Counted from the first letter of the stretch, positions 50,581 through 62,049 are shown. The stretch is 64,000 nucleotides of DNA from Candidatus Oxydemutatoraceae bacterium (GCA_965220085.1 CBDCOZ010000003.1:1216001-1280000), one strand, 5' to 3'. Made by a program: numbers and translations. The notes: a model not told the origin generated them from the letters alone.

Positions 50581-51102
50581 TTATTGCGATCGCCTGTCGA
50601 GAGCCTTGAGCACATCCTCTGTCAGGTCAACGCGATCGCTGGCATATAAGACAGGCCCTGAGACGACCAAATCAACTCCTTTCCTTTTGGCGACACTTTC
50701 AACGACGGCAGTAATCAGGTTCTGCATCTTGCTGAACTCTTCTCTTCTGCGGCTGGTGAATTCTTCCTGCAGTTCGTCATTGCGATCTTTGAGGTCGCGC
50801 TTGCCGGAAAGAATTTCTCTCTTGGCTTTTTTCACTTCGGACTCTTTCATCTTGCGTCCCGACTTTCTCAGCTTTCTCTCCAAGCTGCTGATCTTGGCTT
50901 CGATCTCCGCTATCTCGTCGAGCTCGCCCGAGAATTCGTCTTCCAGACGGTCTTCGGCTTCCTTCACCTGCTTGGAAGTTTGCATGATCGCGGATATATC
51001 GACGAAGCCGATGCTCGGCTTGTCGGCGGCGAAGGCCGGGATAGCGAGCGCAAACCATGCGCCGATGAAATAGGTAAGTTGGTTTTGAATAGTTTTTTTC
51101 AT
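50581..51102 (-). CDS. skp: Periplasmic chaperone Skp/OmpH
   Basis: Signal peptide, IGFVD, coiled coil and DLTEDVL; between bamA and lpxD. Confidence 0.9.
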   Translation of the reverse strand: MKKTIQNQLTYFIGAWFALAIPAFAADKPSIGFVDISAIMQTSKQVKEAEDRLEDEFSGELDEIAEIEAKISSLERKLRKSGRKMKESEVKKAKREILSGKRDLKDRNDELQEEFTSRRREEFSKMQNLITAVVESVAKRKGVDLVVSGPVLYASDRVDLTEDVLKALDRRSQ

Positions 51103-51109
51103 AGTACTT

Positions 51110-53407
51110 TTAAAAGCTCCCGCCAAAATCAAGTTGAAACCTTTCGGTCTCATCGTCCGATTCATTATTATAATGGGTTGCAAAATTTAAGTTAATTATT
51201 CCCAGCGGGGTCAGCCATTGAAGCTCCGTCCCCAATGAGCCCCGCAAATCCGCAAAGGAAAAGTCATCAACATCGTCAAACACATTGCCCAAATCGCTGA
51301 ATAAGCCGACCCGCAATCGGTTCGGGTCATACAGCCCCCCCGTCGGCAAAAACAGATTCACACTGCCGATGGTCCTGAAATCCCCCCCCAAGGGGTCGTC
51401 GTTTTCCACATCTCGCGCCCCCAGAGAATTACTCCTGTAACCGCGGACTGTCTTCGTTCCTCCCGCATAGAACTTGTCATAAAAGGGCACCTCTTCGGTA
51501 CTCCCGAAGGCCCTGGCATACGATATGATACCACTAGGCGCCAAAACCCACTCATTATCTTGGTCAAGCGGCAGATACGTTCTGTGCGTGTAATTCAACT
51601 TTGAATAGACCAAATCGCTGCCCGGGACAAAGGCTTCCACGCTGCCGCGCAATCGCATGCCGGTGGTCGGGAACAATGAGCGGTCGCGGGTATCGTAGAC
51701 CAAACTGGCGCTGAGTATAAAGTTGGTGAAGGATTTTCCCTCGCGCTCGGTAAACGCATGCGCTCTGGTGCCCGAAGTCGGTTCGCCCAGCGTAATCTTC
51801 TGCAGCCGCGCGCCCAACCCCAGCGTATCGTCTTCCGATACCGGAATGCCGAAGGTGAGCCCCAGACTGAGCTCTTTGCTGTCGGTGCCCGACGTGCGGC
51901 TTTCTTCAAAGTCGGTCGATGAGTAGTTGATGCGCCAGGAACGGCTGATACCGTCCACGGTATAGTGCGGGTCGTATACGCTTATGCCATAGCGCGAGTT
52001 GGTCTCGCTGTTGTTAAAAGAAAACTGGACGCGGTCGCCCTCGCCCATAAAATTATCCTGCGTCACACTGATTGAAAACACAGCCCCGTCGCTGTCGGAG
52101 AGACCCGCGCCGATGTTAAAGCTGCCGGACAGGCGCTCCTCTACCGCGAAATCCAAATCGATCTGATTGTCCTCCCCCGCAACCGGGTTTTCGCGCACAT
52201 CGACAGCGGTGATATACGGCAGGCGCTGTAACCTGCGGCGCGAGCGGTCTATGTTCTTGCTTGAATATGCCGCCGATTCCACCTGCCTCAACTCGTGCCG
52301 AAAGACCGAGTCGTTCGTCGTGTCGGTGCCGGAAAAAGTGATTCTGCGCACATAGGCGCGCTCGCCCGGGTCGGCGACAAAAAGCAGATTGACCTTCGCT
52401 TCGTCTCGGTGTTTGTCGGGCACCGTATTTACTTTGGCGAACGCATACCCCTGTTCTTTGAGGCGGTCGATGATGATATTGTCCGAATCTATCGCATTGC
52501 TGCGCGAAAACCGCTCGCCCTCTTTTGCCTTGAGTTGTTGTTTGAGCGCGGCGACATCGTCAATGCCGGAACCGGTGATGTCAATCTCGCCGATTTGATA
52601 AGGCGATTGTTCCGAGACTTTGATGACGATATCTATAAAGCGCTTATCGGGTGTCAATGTGACGCGCACATCGGTGATGGCAAAATCCAAATAGCCGCGA
52701 TCCAGATAGATATTTTTCATCAACTCCAGGTCGGACTCCAAACGAATCTTTGAGTAATGGTCTTTGTTGCTGAAAAATTCGTACCACGCCGGCTTGCCGG
52801 ATTGAAAATCCGCGGTCAGGGTATCGTAGTCAATGCGCCGATTGCCGATGATGCGTATCTCTCGTATCCGTGTCGTCTCCCCCTCATTGACCTCAATGGA
52901 GATATTGACCTGATTGTCCGGCAACTCAACGGTCTCCAGCGATAAGGTCACGGCATATTTGCCCAGTGCGTAATACTGCTGCTTGAGTTCTTTGCGCAGC
53001 CGTTCAAAGACCGTGCGGTCATAGATCTGACCGGCCGCAATGTTGATGGACTTCAAGCCGTCTAACATGGATTCGGTCGTAATCTCATCGTTGCCGGCGA
53101 TGATTATCTCGGCCACCCCCGGTCGCTCGTCGACCGAAATAATCAGCGTGTCATCCGCGTGTTTCAGCGTTACATCGTCAAACAGTTTCGTGCCGTAGAC
53201 AGCATGGATTATTTCCGCGCTGCGGGATACGTCAAAAAAGTCTCCGACCTGCGCCGGCAAGGCGACAAATACGGTACCGGGGTTTACCCGCTCAAGCCCT
53301 TCTATCTCTATGTCTTCAATGACAAAACCGGCGGCCATCAGCCGCCCGCCGCCGCAGAGGATTGCCGCTAATACAAGAACCCTTGGCAGTAATGCGATGC
53401 GAGCCAT
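51110..53407 (-). CDS. bamA: Outer membrane protein assembly factor BamA
   Basis: POTRA repeats, FYAGG..TVRGY and terminal Phe. Confidence 0.96.
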   Translation of the reverse strand: MARIALLPRVLVLAAILCGGGRLMAAGFVIEDIEIEGLERVNPGTVFVALPAQVGDFFDVSRSAEIIHAVYGTKLFDDVTLKHADDTLIISVDERPGVAEIIIAGNDEITTESMLDGLKSINIAAGQIYDRTVFERLRKELKQQYYALGKYAVTLSLETVELPDNQVNISIEVNEGETTRIREIRIIGNRRIDYDTLTADFQSGKPAWYEFFSNKDHYSKIRLESDLELMKNIYLDRGYLDFAITDVRVTLTPDKRFIDIVIKVSEQSPYQIGEIDITGSGIDDVAALKQQLKAKEGERFSRSNAIDSDNIIIDRLKEQGYAFAKVNTVPDKHRDEAKVNLLFVADPGERAYVRRITFSGTDTTNDSVFRHELRQVESAAYSSKNIDRSRRRLQRLPYITAVDVRENPVAGEDNQIDLDFAVEERLSGSFNIGAGLSDSDGAVFSISVTQDNFMGEGDRVQFSFNNSETNSRYGISVYDPHYTVDGISRSWRINYSSTDFEESRTSGTDSKELSLGLTFGIPVSEDDTLGLGARLQKITLGEPTSGTRAHAFTEREGKSFTNFILSASLVYDTRDRSLFPTTGMRLRGSVEAFVPGSDLVYSKLNYTHRTYLPLDQDNEWVLAPSGIISYARAFGSTEEVPFYDKFYAGGTKTVRGYRSNSLGARDVENDDPLGGDFRTIGSVNLFLPTGGLYDPNRLRVGLFSDLGNVFDDVDDFSFADLRGSLGTELQWLTPLGIINLNFATHYNNESDDETERFQLDFGGSF

Positions 53408-53426
53408 GTTGTTGCAATGCGGGCGC

Positions 53427-54800
53427 TTAGTGAAGGAGGCGCGTCAGGTCATTGTAGAGCGCGAGGATCAGCAACGACCCTATCATGACCACACCGATTC
53501 CATAGCCGACTATTTGGGCGCTGTGAGAGAGCGGAGAACGTTTGATAAATTCAATCAGGTAATAAAGGAGATGCCCGCCGTCCAATAGCGGAATCGGCAA
53601 CAGGTTCAGAATTCCGATACTGATACTGAGCAATGCCAACGTGAAGAGATAGGTCGTCATCCCTATGTTAAATGTCGTTCCGGTAATCTCGGCGATCGTG
53701 ACCGGCCCGCTGATGTTTTTCAGCGACACGTCGCCGGTCGCCATGCGCGCGATATAGAGCAGCGTCATCCGGGTCAGATCGGCGGTGTCCGCCAAGCCTT
53801 TCCTCACCGCTTGCGGCCACGAATAATTGACAAAGCGCGCATAAGAACGGCGGGTGTCTTCGGAGACATAAGGCGATGCGCCGATGCGCCCCGCCGTTTG
53901 ACCGCCCGCTTCCGTCGCTCCGATTTGCAGTCGCAGATCAACCGACTCCCCGCCTCTTTGCACGGTTATCGGGATGCTTTGGTTCGGTTTCTGTCGAATC
54001 AACTCGACAAACGATTGCCAAGCAGCGATCTCGCGACCGTCCGCAAAAACCACTTTGTCTCGCTCTCGCAGACCGCTGCCGTAGGCGCTGCCCGAAGCGG
54101 TCAGTTCGCCGATGACAGCGGGTATCTCGTAGCGCAGCGGCGCGATGCCGATACCCCGCAACACCGGCTCCTGATTGCTGAGGAAGGCTCCGCTATCGTC
54201 AAACTCCAGTCGGGAGACGCGCAGATTGCCGTCCCTGAGCGCTTCCACTTCGACTGTGGAGTCGTCCAATACCGCTCTGAGCAGGGCGCGTTTCAGCGCC
54301 TTCCAGTTGCTCACTTCGTCCCCTCCGACCCTGACAAATTCATCGTTTGCCCGCAAACCGGCTCGCGCCGCGATGCTGTGCGGCTGTACGCTGCCGATAA
54401 TGGGCTTGATCTCGTAGGAGCCGATCATGTGCGCGCCGGCAAATAATACGACCGCGAGCAGAAAATTCGCCGCCGGCCCGGCGGCGACAATCAGCGCCCT
54501 GATCCACAGAGGTTGTCGGCAAAAAGCGCGGGCGCGATCTTCCTCCGCAACGCGCTCCAACCCTCTTTCATCCTGTCCCAACATACTGACGTAACCGCCG
54601 AGAGGGATCGACGCGATGACGTATTCGGTTCTGTCGGCGCCCGCGACGCGGCGGCAAAGCGGTTTGCCAAAGCCGATTGAGAATTTGAGTATTTTGACGT
54701 TCGCCAAGCGGGCGACATAGTAATGCCCGAATTCATGAAAAGCAATCAGCAGACTGAAGCCCAATATGAAGCCGATTGCGCCTGTGACAAAAGATACCAT
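53427..54800 (-). CDS. rseP: RIP metalloprotease RseP
   Basis: HEFGH, PDZ domains and NLLPIPLLDGGH motif. Confidence 0.96.
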   Translation of the reverse strand: MVSFVTGAIGFILGFSLLIAFHEFGHYYVARLANVKILKFSIGFGKPLCRRVAGADRTEYVIASIPLGGYVSMLGQDERGLERVAEEDRARAFCRQPLWIRALIVAAGPAANFLLAVVLFAGAHMIGSYEIKPIIGSVQPHSIAARAGLRANDEFVRVGGDEVSNWKALKRALLRAVLDDSTVEVEALRDGNLRVSRLEFDDSGAFLSNQEPVLRGIGIAPLRYEIPAVIGELTASGSAYGSGLRERDKVVFADGREIAAWQSFVELIRQKPNQSIPITVQRGGESVDLRLQIGATEAGGQTAGRIGASPYVSEDTRRSYARFVNYSWPQAVRKGLADTADLTRMTLLYIARMATGDVSLKNISGPVTIAEITGTTFNIGMTTYLFTLALLSISIGILNLLPIPLLDGGHLLYYLIEFIKRSPLSHSAQIVGYGIGVVMIGSLLILALYNDLTRLLH

Positions 54801-54804
54801 AAAT

Positions 54805-55983
54805 CTAAATAGCAGCGATTAACTCGGCTGCGTATGCGCGCACCTCGCGGTCGACTGCGTACACATCATCGATGCTGTCCGCCGCCATCCCGCCGTGCTG
54901 TTCCAACATGCGCCGATTAATCGTAAAAATATCGGTGAATTTTAACTTGTTTTCAAGAAAACTTTCAACCGCCGCCTCATTTGCCGCATTGAGTACCGTT
55001 GCCGCGGCGCCGCCCCGGCGCATTGCGTCATACGCCAGTGTGAGGCACGGGAAACGCTCTTCGTCCGGCGCAAGAAAATCAAGGCGCGAATGCTTGAGGA
55101 AATCCACCGTCGCTACGCCGCTGTCCATGATCTCGGGCCAGCCGAGCGCACTCGCTATCGGAATACGCATATCGGGCGCGGCCATTTGCGCCAGCGCCGA
55201 ACCGTCGCCGAGCCGAACCATGCCGTGAATCAGGCTTTGCGGGTGAATCAGCGCCTCGATGCGATCCGGCGCGAAGGAAAACAGCCAATGCGCTTCAATC
55301 GCTTCAAAACCTTTGTTCATCAGCGTCGCCGAATCAACCGAAATCTTCTTTCCCATTCGCCAGTTCGGGTGTGCGACCGCTTGATCCGGAGCGACCGCGG
55401 CAAGTTCTTTTGTCGGCGTGTTGAGAAAAGGCCCGCCCGATGCGGTCAAGATAATACTGTCGACAGCGCTCGCTTCGTCCCGCCTTCTGGCAACGGCATG
55501 CAAGCACTGGAAGATAGCATTATGCTCGCTGTCCAGCGGCAGGATTTCGGCGCCGTTTGCCGCCGCTTCGGACATGACAAACCGCCCCGCCATCACCAGG
55601 CATTCCTTGTTTGCCAACAAAATGCGCTTGCCATTGCGAACCGCTTCGTATGTCGGCGACAGGCCGGCCGCGCCGGTAATGCCGATGACCGCCGTATCGT
55701 AGTCGGGCAATGCCGCCAAGCGCGCCGCATCGCCGGCTTCGCTCCAGACTTCCGTTTTGAGTTTATGCTCCTTCAATGTCCGACGGAGCGTCTGCGCATA
55801 GTTGCTGTCGCCAATCACCGCAATCTGCGGACGAAACTCAATGCACTGTTCCGCCAGCGTATTCATACTGCTGTGCGCCGTCAGCGCAAACACCTCGCAG
55901 CGTTGCGGGTTGCGGCGGATCACATCCAGACACTGACAGCCGATGCTGCCGGTGGAACCCAGTACCGCGACCTTGTGTTTCAT
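54805..55983 (-). CDS. dxr: DXP reductoisomerase
   Basis: LGSTGSIG, LANKE, DSEHNA and HPNW.MG.KISVDSA motifs. Confidence 0.97.
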   Translation of the reverse strand: MKHKVAVLGSTGSIGCQCLDVIRRNPQRCEVFALTAHSSMNTLAEQCIEFRPQIAVIGDSNYAQTLRRTLKEHKLKTEVWSEAGDAARLAALPDYDTAVIGITGAAGLSPTYEAVRNGKRILLANKECLVMAGRFVMSEAAANGAEILPLDSEHNAIFQCLHAVARRRDEASAVDSIILTASGGPFLNTPTKELAAVAPDQAVAHPNWRMGKKISVDSATLMNKGFEAIEAHWLFSFAPDRIEALIHPQSLIHGMVRLGDGSALAQMAAPDMRIPIASALGWPEIMDSGVATVDFLKHSRLDFLAPDEERFPCLTLAYDAMRRGGAAATVLNAANEAAVESFLENKLKFTDIFTINRRMLEQHGGMAADSIDDVYAVDREVRAYAAELIAAI

Positions 55984-56852
55984 GGGTTCGTATTCCACCC
56001 GATCAGGGCGGCGAAGCCGAGTAAGAAGATCGGCGCGGCGGCGATAGAAGAGTCGATACGGTCGACGATGCCGCCGTGCCCCGGCAACAAATTGCCGCTG
56101 TTTTTAACCCCTGCCAGCCGCTTGGCCATGCTCGCTGTCAAATCACCGATGATGCTGCTCAAACCGGTCAGAACCGACAGCATGATGAAGTTAATAATAT
56201 CTGGTAACCCAATGAGATAGCCCGCAAAGTTCATGCTTCCTATCAGCCCCGAATGCAGTAGCCAGGCCATCGCTCCTGCGAGCGCGATCATCGCCCCGAG
56301 TGCGCCGACGACCCCCGCGCGGGTTTTGCCCTGACTCAACTCCGGACACAACGGTGTGCGTCCGAAACGACGTCCCGAGTAATATGCGGCGATGTCACAC
56401 CCGGCAACCAGAGTGATCAGATACAAAAGCCAGATCCAACTTTGCGCGTGTAACTGATAGATTGCAAACCAACACGCCGGCAACGCGATAACAATATGCG
56501 CGCGCAATACGCGCGCAAACCATTTCCGGCGGCACAGCGATCGTGTAAAGCAAGTCGTCAGAAAGAGCATGCCGCCCCACCATATCGCGACGGGAACGAG
56601 CACAAAGGTTGCTGACCGGTAACGTATCAAAGCGGCACACACGAACAAGCAAACTATCGGGTATGCCCAACACATCGCGTTTTTTTCCACCAACTTCCCC
56701 CACTCCAAAGCGGCCAATGCGACGACGAAGAGGAAGGCTCCCGCCAGCGCCTGCGTCGGCACATAGCCGATAGCCGCGACTGCCGCCGCCGCCATGATAA
56801 CGCCGGTGCAGACCCGTCGGCGGCTGTCGCTGCTTGTTTGTTCGCCGCTCAT
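55980..56852 (-). CDS. cdsA: Phosphatidate cytidylyltransferase
   Basis: S.GKT and KR.AGVKNSG.LLPGHGG..DR.DS motifs. Confidence 0.93.
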   Translation of the reverse strand: MSGEQTSSDSRRRVCTGVIMAAAAVAAIGYVPTQALAGAFLFVVALAALEWGKLVEKNAMCWAYPIVCLFVCAALIRYRSATFVLVPVAIWWGGMLFLTTCFTRSLCRRKWFARVLRAHIVIALPACWFAIYQLHAQSWIWLLYLITLVAGCDIAAYYSGRRFGRTPLCPELSQGKTRAGVVGALGAMIALAGAMAWLLHSGLIGSMNFAGYLIGLPDIINFIMLSVLTGLSSIIGDLTASMAKRLAGVKNSGNLLPGHGGIVDRIDSSIAAAPIFLLGFAALIGWNTNP

Positions 56853-57556
56853 TTAACTGTGCCAAACTTTCTGTCGCGTTGTCCGAACCACTTTATCGCA
56901 TCCAAATATTTGCGCTTGTCAAAGTCCGGCCACAAGGTGTCGGTGAAGTACAACTCCGCATAAGCGCTTTGCCATAAGAGAAAATTACTCAGACGGTTCT
57001 CACCGCCCGTGCGTATCAGCAGGTCGACATCGCCGACGCTGCTGTGCGCCAACTGTCGCCCGATGGCGGCTTCAATCTGTCCGCAATCAAGAGCGCTTCC
57101 CGACCCTTCGCGCATCAATTTCTCGCAAGCATGCGCAATGTCCCAGCGGCCGCCATAACTCAGCGCAATATTCAATTGCAGTTGCCGCATACCCGCAGTC
57201 GCCCGCTCGGCGTTGGCTATCTCCTTCGACAATTTGCCGGCAAGCCGGGCGCGGTCTCCGATAAAACGAAGGCGCACTTCGTTTTCCATCAACTCATCCA
57301 GATACTTATGCAGCGATGCGGAAAACAGCATCAGCAAAGTCCGCACTTCAACCTGCGGTCGTTTCCAGTTCTCACTGCTGAAGGTAAAAAGGGTCAATGC
57401 CCGTACGCCGTATTCCACGCTGGCCTTGACGATTTCGCGGACTACTTCGACCCCTTTGCGATGGCCGCAGGTTCTTTCGCGGTTGTGGGATTCCGCCCAG
57501 CGCCCGTTGCCATCCATGACAATAGCAACATGCGCGGGACATACTCGGTCGGTCAT
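56849..57556 (-). CDS. uppS: Undecaprenyl diphosphate synthase
   Basis: MDGNGRWA, FSSENWKRP and RTGGE.RLSNFLLWQ motifs. Confidence 0.96.
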   Translation of the reverse strand: MTDRVCPAHVAIVMDGNGRWAESHNRERTCGHRKGVEVVREIVKASVEYGVRALTLFTFSSENWKRPQVEVRTLLMLFSASLHKYLDELMENEVRLRFIGDRARLAGKLSKEIANAERATAGMRQLQLNIALSYGGRWDIAHACEKLMREGSGSALDCGQIEAAIGRQLAHSSVGDVDLLIRTGGENRLSNFLLWQSAYAELYFTDTLWPDFDKRKYLDAIKWFGQRDRKFGTVK

Positions 57557-58116
57557 CAGACTGCCATCAATTCGGCTTCTTTCTGTTCCAGAATCTCGTC
57601 TATCTTTTTAATCTTGGCGCTGCTCAATTTATCCACCGATGCCTGCGCCAGCTTTTCTTCGTCCTCGCCCATCGCCGAATTTTTGACCGCATCTTTCAGA
57701 TGGCGGATGGCATCGCGCCGGATGTTGCGCACCGCGACCCGCGCCGACTCGCCATACTGGCGCACGACCTTAGTCAACTCTTTGCGTCGTTCCTCGGTCA
57801 GCGCAGGCATCGGGATTCGCATGACGGTACCCTGCACGACGGGATTGAGCCCCAGCCCCGCCGCCACAATCGCTTTCTCAATCACCTCGACCATATTCTT
57901 CTCCCATACCGTCAGCACCAGGTTTCTGGATTCTTCCACCGTGATATTGGATACCTGATTGAGCGGCGCCCGGCTGCCATAATACTCCACGGTAATGTGC
58001 TCCAGCAGGCTGGGGTGAGCGCGTCCGGTTCTGATCTTTTGCAACTCGGAGACAAGCGTCGCCACGCTCTTGTCCATGTTTTTCTCAACCGCTTGGCTGT
58101 TTAAAGTATCGCTCAT
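57556..58116 (-). CDS. frr: Ribosome recycling factor
   Basis: IRTGRAHP, LTEERRKEL and RNIRRD motifs. Confidence 0.96.
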   Translation of the reverse strand: MSDTLNSQAVEKNMDKSVATLVSELQKIRTGRAHPSLLEHITVEYYGSRAPLNQVSNITVEESRNLVLTVWEKNMVEVIEKAIVAAGLGLNPVVQGTVMRIPMPALTEERRKELTKVVRQYGESARVAVRNIRRDAIRHLKDAVKNSAMGEDEEKLAQASVDKLSSAKIKKIDEILEQKEAELMAV

Positions 58117-58121
58117 CGTAA

Positions 58122-58883
58122 TCAGGCCTCGCTTGAAATTAAAGTTCCGCATTCCTCATTGCGCAGAATCGTGCCGAGGGCGCCGACCTTATGCATATTG
58201 AATACCCGGATAGGTATTCCGTTGTCGCGGCACAACACAATCGCCATCGTATCCATCGCCGCCAACTTATCTTTGATGACCTGATCATAACTCAGGCTGG
58301 CATACATCGTCGCATCGGGATGGCGCTCCGGGTCCTTATTGTAAACGCCGTCGACTTTGGTCGCTTTCAGCAGCAAGGTCGCGTTGATTTCAACCGCGCG
58401 CAAACTGGCGGCGGTATCGGTGGTGAAAAACGGATTGCCGGTGCCGGCGGCAAAGATGGTAATCAGCCCTTTCTCCAGATGGCGCATCGCGCGCCGGCGG
58501 ATATAGCTCTCGCAGACCGCATTGATCTCAATCGCCGACATGACCCGCGTTTGCATGCCGCTGCGCTCCAGCGCCTCCTGTAGCGCAAGCGCATTGATCA
58601 CAGTGGCCAACATTCCCATCTGGTCCGCGGTGACCGGGTCAATCCTGGCGCTTGAAGAATCTCTGCCTCGGAATATATTGCCGCCGCCGATGACGATAGC
58701 AATCTCTATGTCTCTTTCGCGCGCTTGTTTGATCTCGCCGACCAAGTGATTGACAGCGGCAATATCGATGCCGTGCTTCTTCCCCCCCATGAGGATTTCG
58801 CCGCTCAATTTGAGAATAACCCGTTGCTTCCCGATCTGTAAGGGTTTGTTCTCTGCTTTCAGCGCGGCAGGTTTCGGAGTCAT
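58122..58883 (-). CDS. pyrH: UMP kinase
   Basis: [14 protein letters not shown] and GNPFFTTD motifs. Confidence 0.97.
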   Translation of the reverse strand: MTPKPAALKAENKPLQIGKQRVILKLSGEILMGGKKHGIDIAAVNHLVGEIKQARERDIEIAIVIGGGNIFRGRDSSSARIDPVTADQMGMLATVINALALQEALERSGMQTRVMSAIEINAVCESYIRRRAMRHLEKGLITIFAAGTGNPFFTTDTAASLRAVEINATLLLKATKVDGVYNKDPERHPDATMYASLSYDQVIKDKLAAMDTMAIVLCRDNGIPIRVFNMHKVGALGTILRNEECGTLISSEA

Positions 58884-59752
58884 TGAATCTGAGCCATGAC
58901 TTCTTCGACAAAGTTCTCTTTTTTCTTCTCTATCCCTTCGCCGATTTCATAGCGGTGAAAGCTGTTCATGGTCGCCGATGCTTTCTGCAACAATTGGCCG
59001 ATGGTCACATCGGGGTCTTTGACAAACGGCTGACCGACCAGCGTAATCTCCTTGAGAAATTTCTTCATCCGCCCGCGCACCATCTTGTCGACGATATCGG
59101 CGGGCTTGCCTTCGGCGGCGGCCTGCTCGGTTAAAAACGCTCTCTCTTTATCCGCCATCTCGGCGGGCACGTCGTCTTCGCTGATAAATTGCGGACGGCT
59201 GGCCGCAATATGCAATGCGATATCTTTCGCCAGCGTTGCGTCGCCGCCTTGCATATCCGCAACCACACCGATGCGGGTGTTATGCATATAGACCGCGTGC
59301 GCATCGCCATCCAGCGGGATGCGAACAAAACGCCGTACTTGGATATTTTCTCCGGTCTTAATCACCAGAGTCTTGCGGGTGTCTTCAACGGAGTCCGCGC
59401 CGATTGCAAGCTTGGCGAGCGCCTCGCCGTCGGCCGGGTTTGCCTCCAGCGCCGCTTGTGCGACACGATGACAGAATGATTGAAAGCTCTTTTCTTTGGC
59501 GACAAAATCGGTTTCGCAATTCACTTCCAGCAACAGAGCCGCCGATTTGTCGTCGGCAACCGCCACGCTGATCAGACCTTCCGCGGCAATCCGCGCGGCT
59601 TTGTTATCGGCCTTGGCCTGCCCCGCTTTGCGCAACAACTCAACCGCCCTCTCCATATCCCCGTCGGCTTCGGTCAGAGACTTCTTGCACTCCATCATTC
59701 CGGCGCCGGTTCGCTGCCGCAATTCTTTGACCATTAAAGGAGTGATTTGCAT
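58880..59752 (-). CDS. tsf: Elongation factor Ts
   Basis: [10 protein letters not shown] and [10 protein letters not shown] motifs. Confidence 0.97.
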   Translation of the reverse strand: MQITPLMVKELRQRTGAGMMECKKSLTEADGDMERAVELLRKAGQAKADNKAARIAAEGLISVAVADDKSAALLLEVNCETDFVAKEKSFQSFCHRVAQAALEANPADGEALAKLAIGADSVEDTRKTLVIKTGENIQVRRFVRIPLDGDAHAVYMHNTRIGVVADMQGGDATLAKDIALHIAASRPQFISEDDVPAEMADKERAFLTEQAAAEGKPADIVDKMVRGRMKKFLKEITLVGQPFVKDPDVTIGQLLQKASATMNSFHRYEIGEGIEKKKENFVEEVMAQIQ

Positions 59753-59764
59753 CGCCTGAGAATG

Positions 59765-60565
59765 CTACTCGCGCGCGTCCGCCGCATCGTCGTCGTCATC
59801 GGCGATGAGCGGCGCCGTCGGCGCAACCGTTTCTTTTGCCTTGTCGCTTTCGGCAACGACATCAAGCCCCTGCCTCTGACGTTCGTCGCGCCCTTCGATG
59901 ACCGCATCCGCAAACGCCGAGGCGTATAGCTTGATAGAACTGATGCTGTCGTCGTTGGCCGGAATCACATAATCTATGCCGTCGAGCGAGTTATTGGTAT
60001 CAACCACCGCCACCAGCGGGATGCCAAGCCGCACCGCCTCTTGTATCGCGATGCTCTCGTAGCCCACATCGATTACAAACAAGGCATCGGGCAGGTGGCC
60101 CATCTCTTTTATGCCTTCAAAGTTCCGCCGCAGTTTGAGGTATCTGCGGCGCATCTTCTGCGCGTCCTTTTTGCTCATGCCGCCCAACACGCCCTTGTTC
60201 TCGACCACATCCTGAAGCTCTTTGTATTTGTTGATTGACACGCGCAAGGTTCTGTAATTCGTCAACGTGCCGCCGAGCCAATGATGATTCACATACGGCA
60301 TTTCGCAACGTCTTGCCTGATCCCGAATCGCAAGCGAAGCGGCTCTCTTGGTGCCGACAAAAAGCACAGTCTTGCCATCGAACGCCAAGTCCCGAACGAA
60401 CGCCAACGCATCTTTTAGCATCGGCAACGTCTTATCCAAGTTTATGATGTGAATGCCATTGTGTTTGCCGTAGATGTACGGAGCGATTTGCGGATTCCAA
60501 TAACGAGGGCGGTGGCCCAAGTGCGCTCCGGCGGCAAACAAATTTTGTATAGTTGTTTCAGTCAT
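59765..60565 (-). CDS. rpsB: 30S ribosomal protein S2
   Basis: AGAHLGH...WNP, WLGGTLTN and PANDD motifs. Confidence 0.97.
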   Translation of the reverse strand: MTETTIQNLFAAGAHLGHRPRYWNPQIAPYIYGKHNGIHIINLDKTLPMLKDALAFVRDLAFDGKTVLFVGTKRAASLAIRDQARRCEMPYVNHHWLGGTLTNYRTLRVSINKYKELQDVVENKGVLGGMSKKDAQKMRRRYLKLRRNFEGIKEMGHLPDALFVIDVGYESIAIQEAVRLGIPLVAVVDTNNSLDGIDYVIPANDDSISSIKLYASAFADAVIEGRDERQRQGLDVVAESDKAKETVAPTAPLIADDDDDAADARE

Positions 60566-60696
60566 TCAAATCTGGCGTATCAAACGGGAGTCGCCCCCCA
60601 AGATAATTTAGCCGACCATTATAACCATCTCTGCCGTTTGAAGCAATAACAAATTGTATGTTGCCAAGACCTATCGGACACCCGGGGCAACTCGCG

Positions 60697-62031
60697 CTAC
60701 CGCAACGGGCCTTCCAGGAAGAGCCGCAACCGCAAGCTCAGGCCCATCAGGTTTATCGTCAGGGTGGCATCCTCTCTGGCCTGATTGGTGCTGACATTGA
60801 TGGTCTCGCAAAGGAACCCGCCGGCATCGAGTCTGCATAGTCTTGTTGAGGCGCTGCTGGCGCCGGTGTCCAGCACTCTATATGCGAGGGTTGCGTAACC
60901 CGCTGTGCCGGCGGCGGCATCGGCTTCCGGATAGTATGCCAGAGCATCCAGCTGGGCCAGTGTCAACTCGGTGTCGGCGGCTATGGTGACACTGGCATCG
61001 CCCACTACCAGCAGGGTGCCCCGTTCGGGCGGGGTGATTATGCGGATGCCATTGATGGTGTCGCCGTCCTCATCCTCAAAGGGGAAGTTGCCCCGCACAA
61101 AGCGGTGCGGATTGGCGGAGCTGGCAGTGCTCGCTACCCAGACGGCGCTGTCGCCGCCCACGGGCCAGTCGCTCACGGCTGTTATTCGGCTGCTTGCGGA
61201 GCACAACGGCCCCTCGCTACCGGAGGGAGAATGCAAGTCCATGAAACTGACACAGACGCGAATGTACTGGCCCACCTGCTCCTGCATGGGCTGGTAGAAC
61301 TGGGTGGTCTCACCGCTGATGGCGGCGTAGGCGCCGGTCTCGGTGGCGGACTGTTCCCATTGCCATTTCAGGGTCTCGCTGTCTATGCCGTTGAGGTCAC
61401 TAACATTGCCAAGTGCGGTCTGGAGCGGCGTATCCTCGCTGTATGTGGTACCGCTGGCACCGGTGTCCAGGGTGCCCACTCTGGGCGCGCCAGTTGCGGA
61501 AACCTGCGCGGATGCGCGCAGGCTGATGGTGATGGTGCCGTTGTTGGCCGAGGATTCGCCGGCGGTCGTGACGCTGAATGTGAAGGAGGTGTATCCGGCC
61601 TGCGCACTCTGCCCCGCTTCCGGATAATAAGTGATGGTGCCGATGCTGGCGGTTGCCACAGTCTCATTCACAGTGGCGGCGGAGCTGCCCACCCTCAGTG
61701 TGCCGAGGGATGGCAGGCTCTTTATCGTGATGCTGTCCAGGTCATCATCATCGTCCACTTCCGTAAAAGGGAAGTCGTCCTCCTCAAAGGTGTACGGGCT
61801 GTTGGCGGTGGCATTGTGCAATACCCAGATGGTTTTGTGGTTGGCAGATGGCTTGGCTTGAGCGGCCGAGACAGCCGGGTCCGCATCGTTGTGCGGTTGC
61901 GCCTGCGCCTGTGCGCAGATAACAAACAGGGCTGGCAGAACCAGCGACCAGAGGCTAAACCGAGTTAGTCTTGCCCGCTGATGCGGGGGGGGGGGGGGGG
62001 GGGGGGTAGTATTATAAGTTTTTTGCTTCAT
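60697..62031 (-). CDS. Exported Ig/cadherin-like repeat protein, LEGPLR family member (poly-C22, in frame)
   Basis: G22 at 61985-62006; signal peptide ending AQAQAQ; ends LRLRLFLEGPLR*. Confidence 0.85.
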   Translation of the reverse strand: MKQKTYNTTPPPPPPPHQRARLTRFSLWSLVLPALFVICAQAQAQPHNDADPAVSAAQAKPSANHKTIWVLHNATANSPYTFEEDDFPFTEVDDDDDLDSITIKSLPSLGTLRVGSSAATVNETVATASIGTITYYPEAGQSAQAGYTSFTFSVTTAGESSANNGTITISLRASAQVSATGAPRVGTLDTGASGTTYSEDTPLQTALGNVSDLNGIDSETLKWQWEQSATETGAYAAISGETTQFYQPMQEQVGQYIRVCVSFMDLHSPSGSEGPLCSASSRITAVSDWPVGGDSAVWVASTASSANPHRFVRGNFPFEDEDGDTINGIRIITPPERGTLLVVGDASVTIAADTELTLAQLDALAYYPEADAAAGTAGYATLAYRVLDTGASSASTRLCRLDAGGFLCETINVSTNQAREDATLTINLMGLSLRLRLFLEGPLR

Positions 62032-62049
62032 AGTTCTTCTCCTTATGGT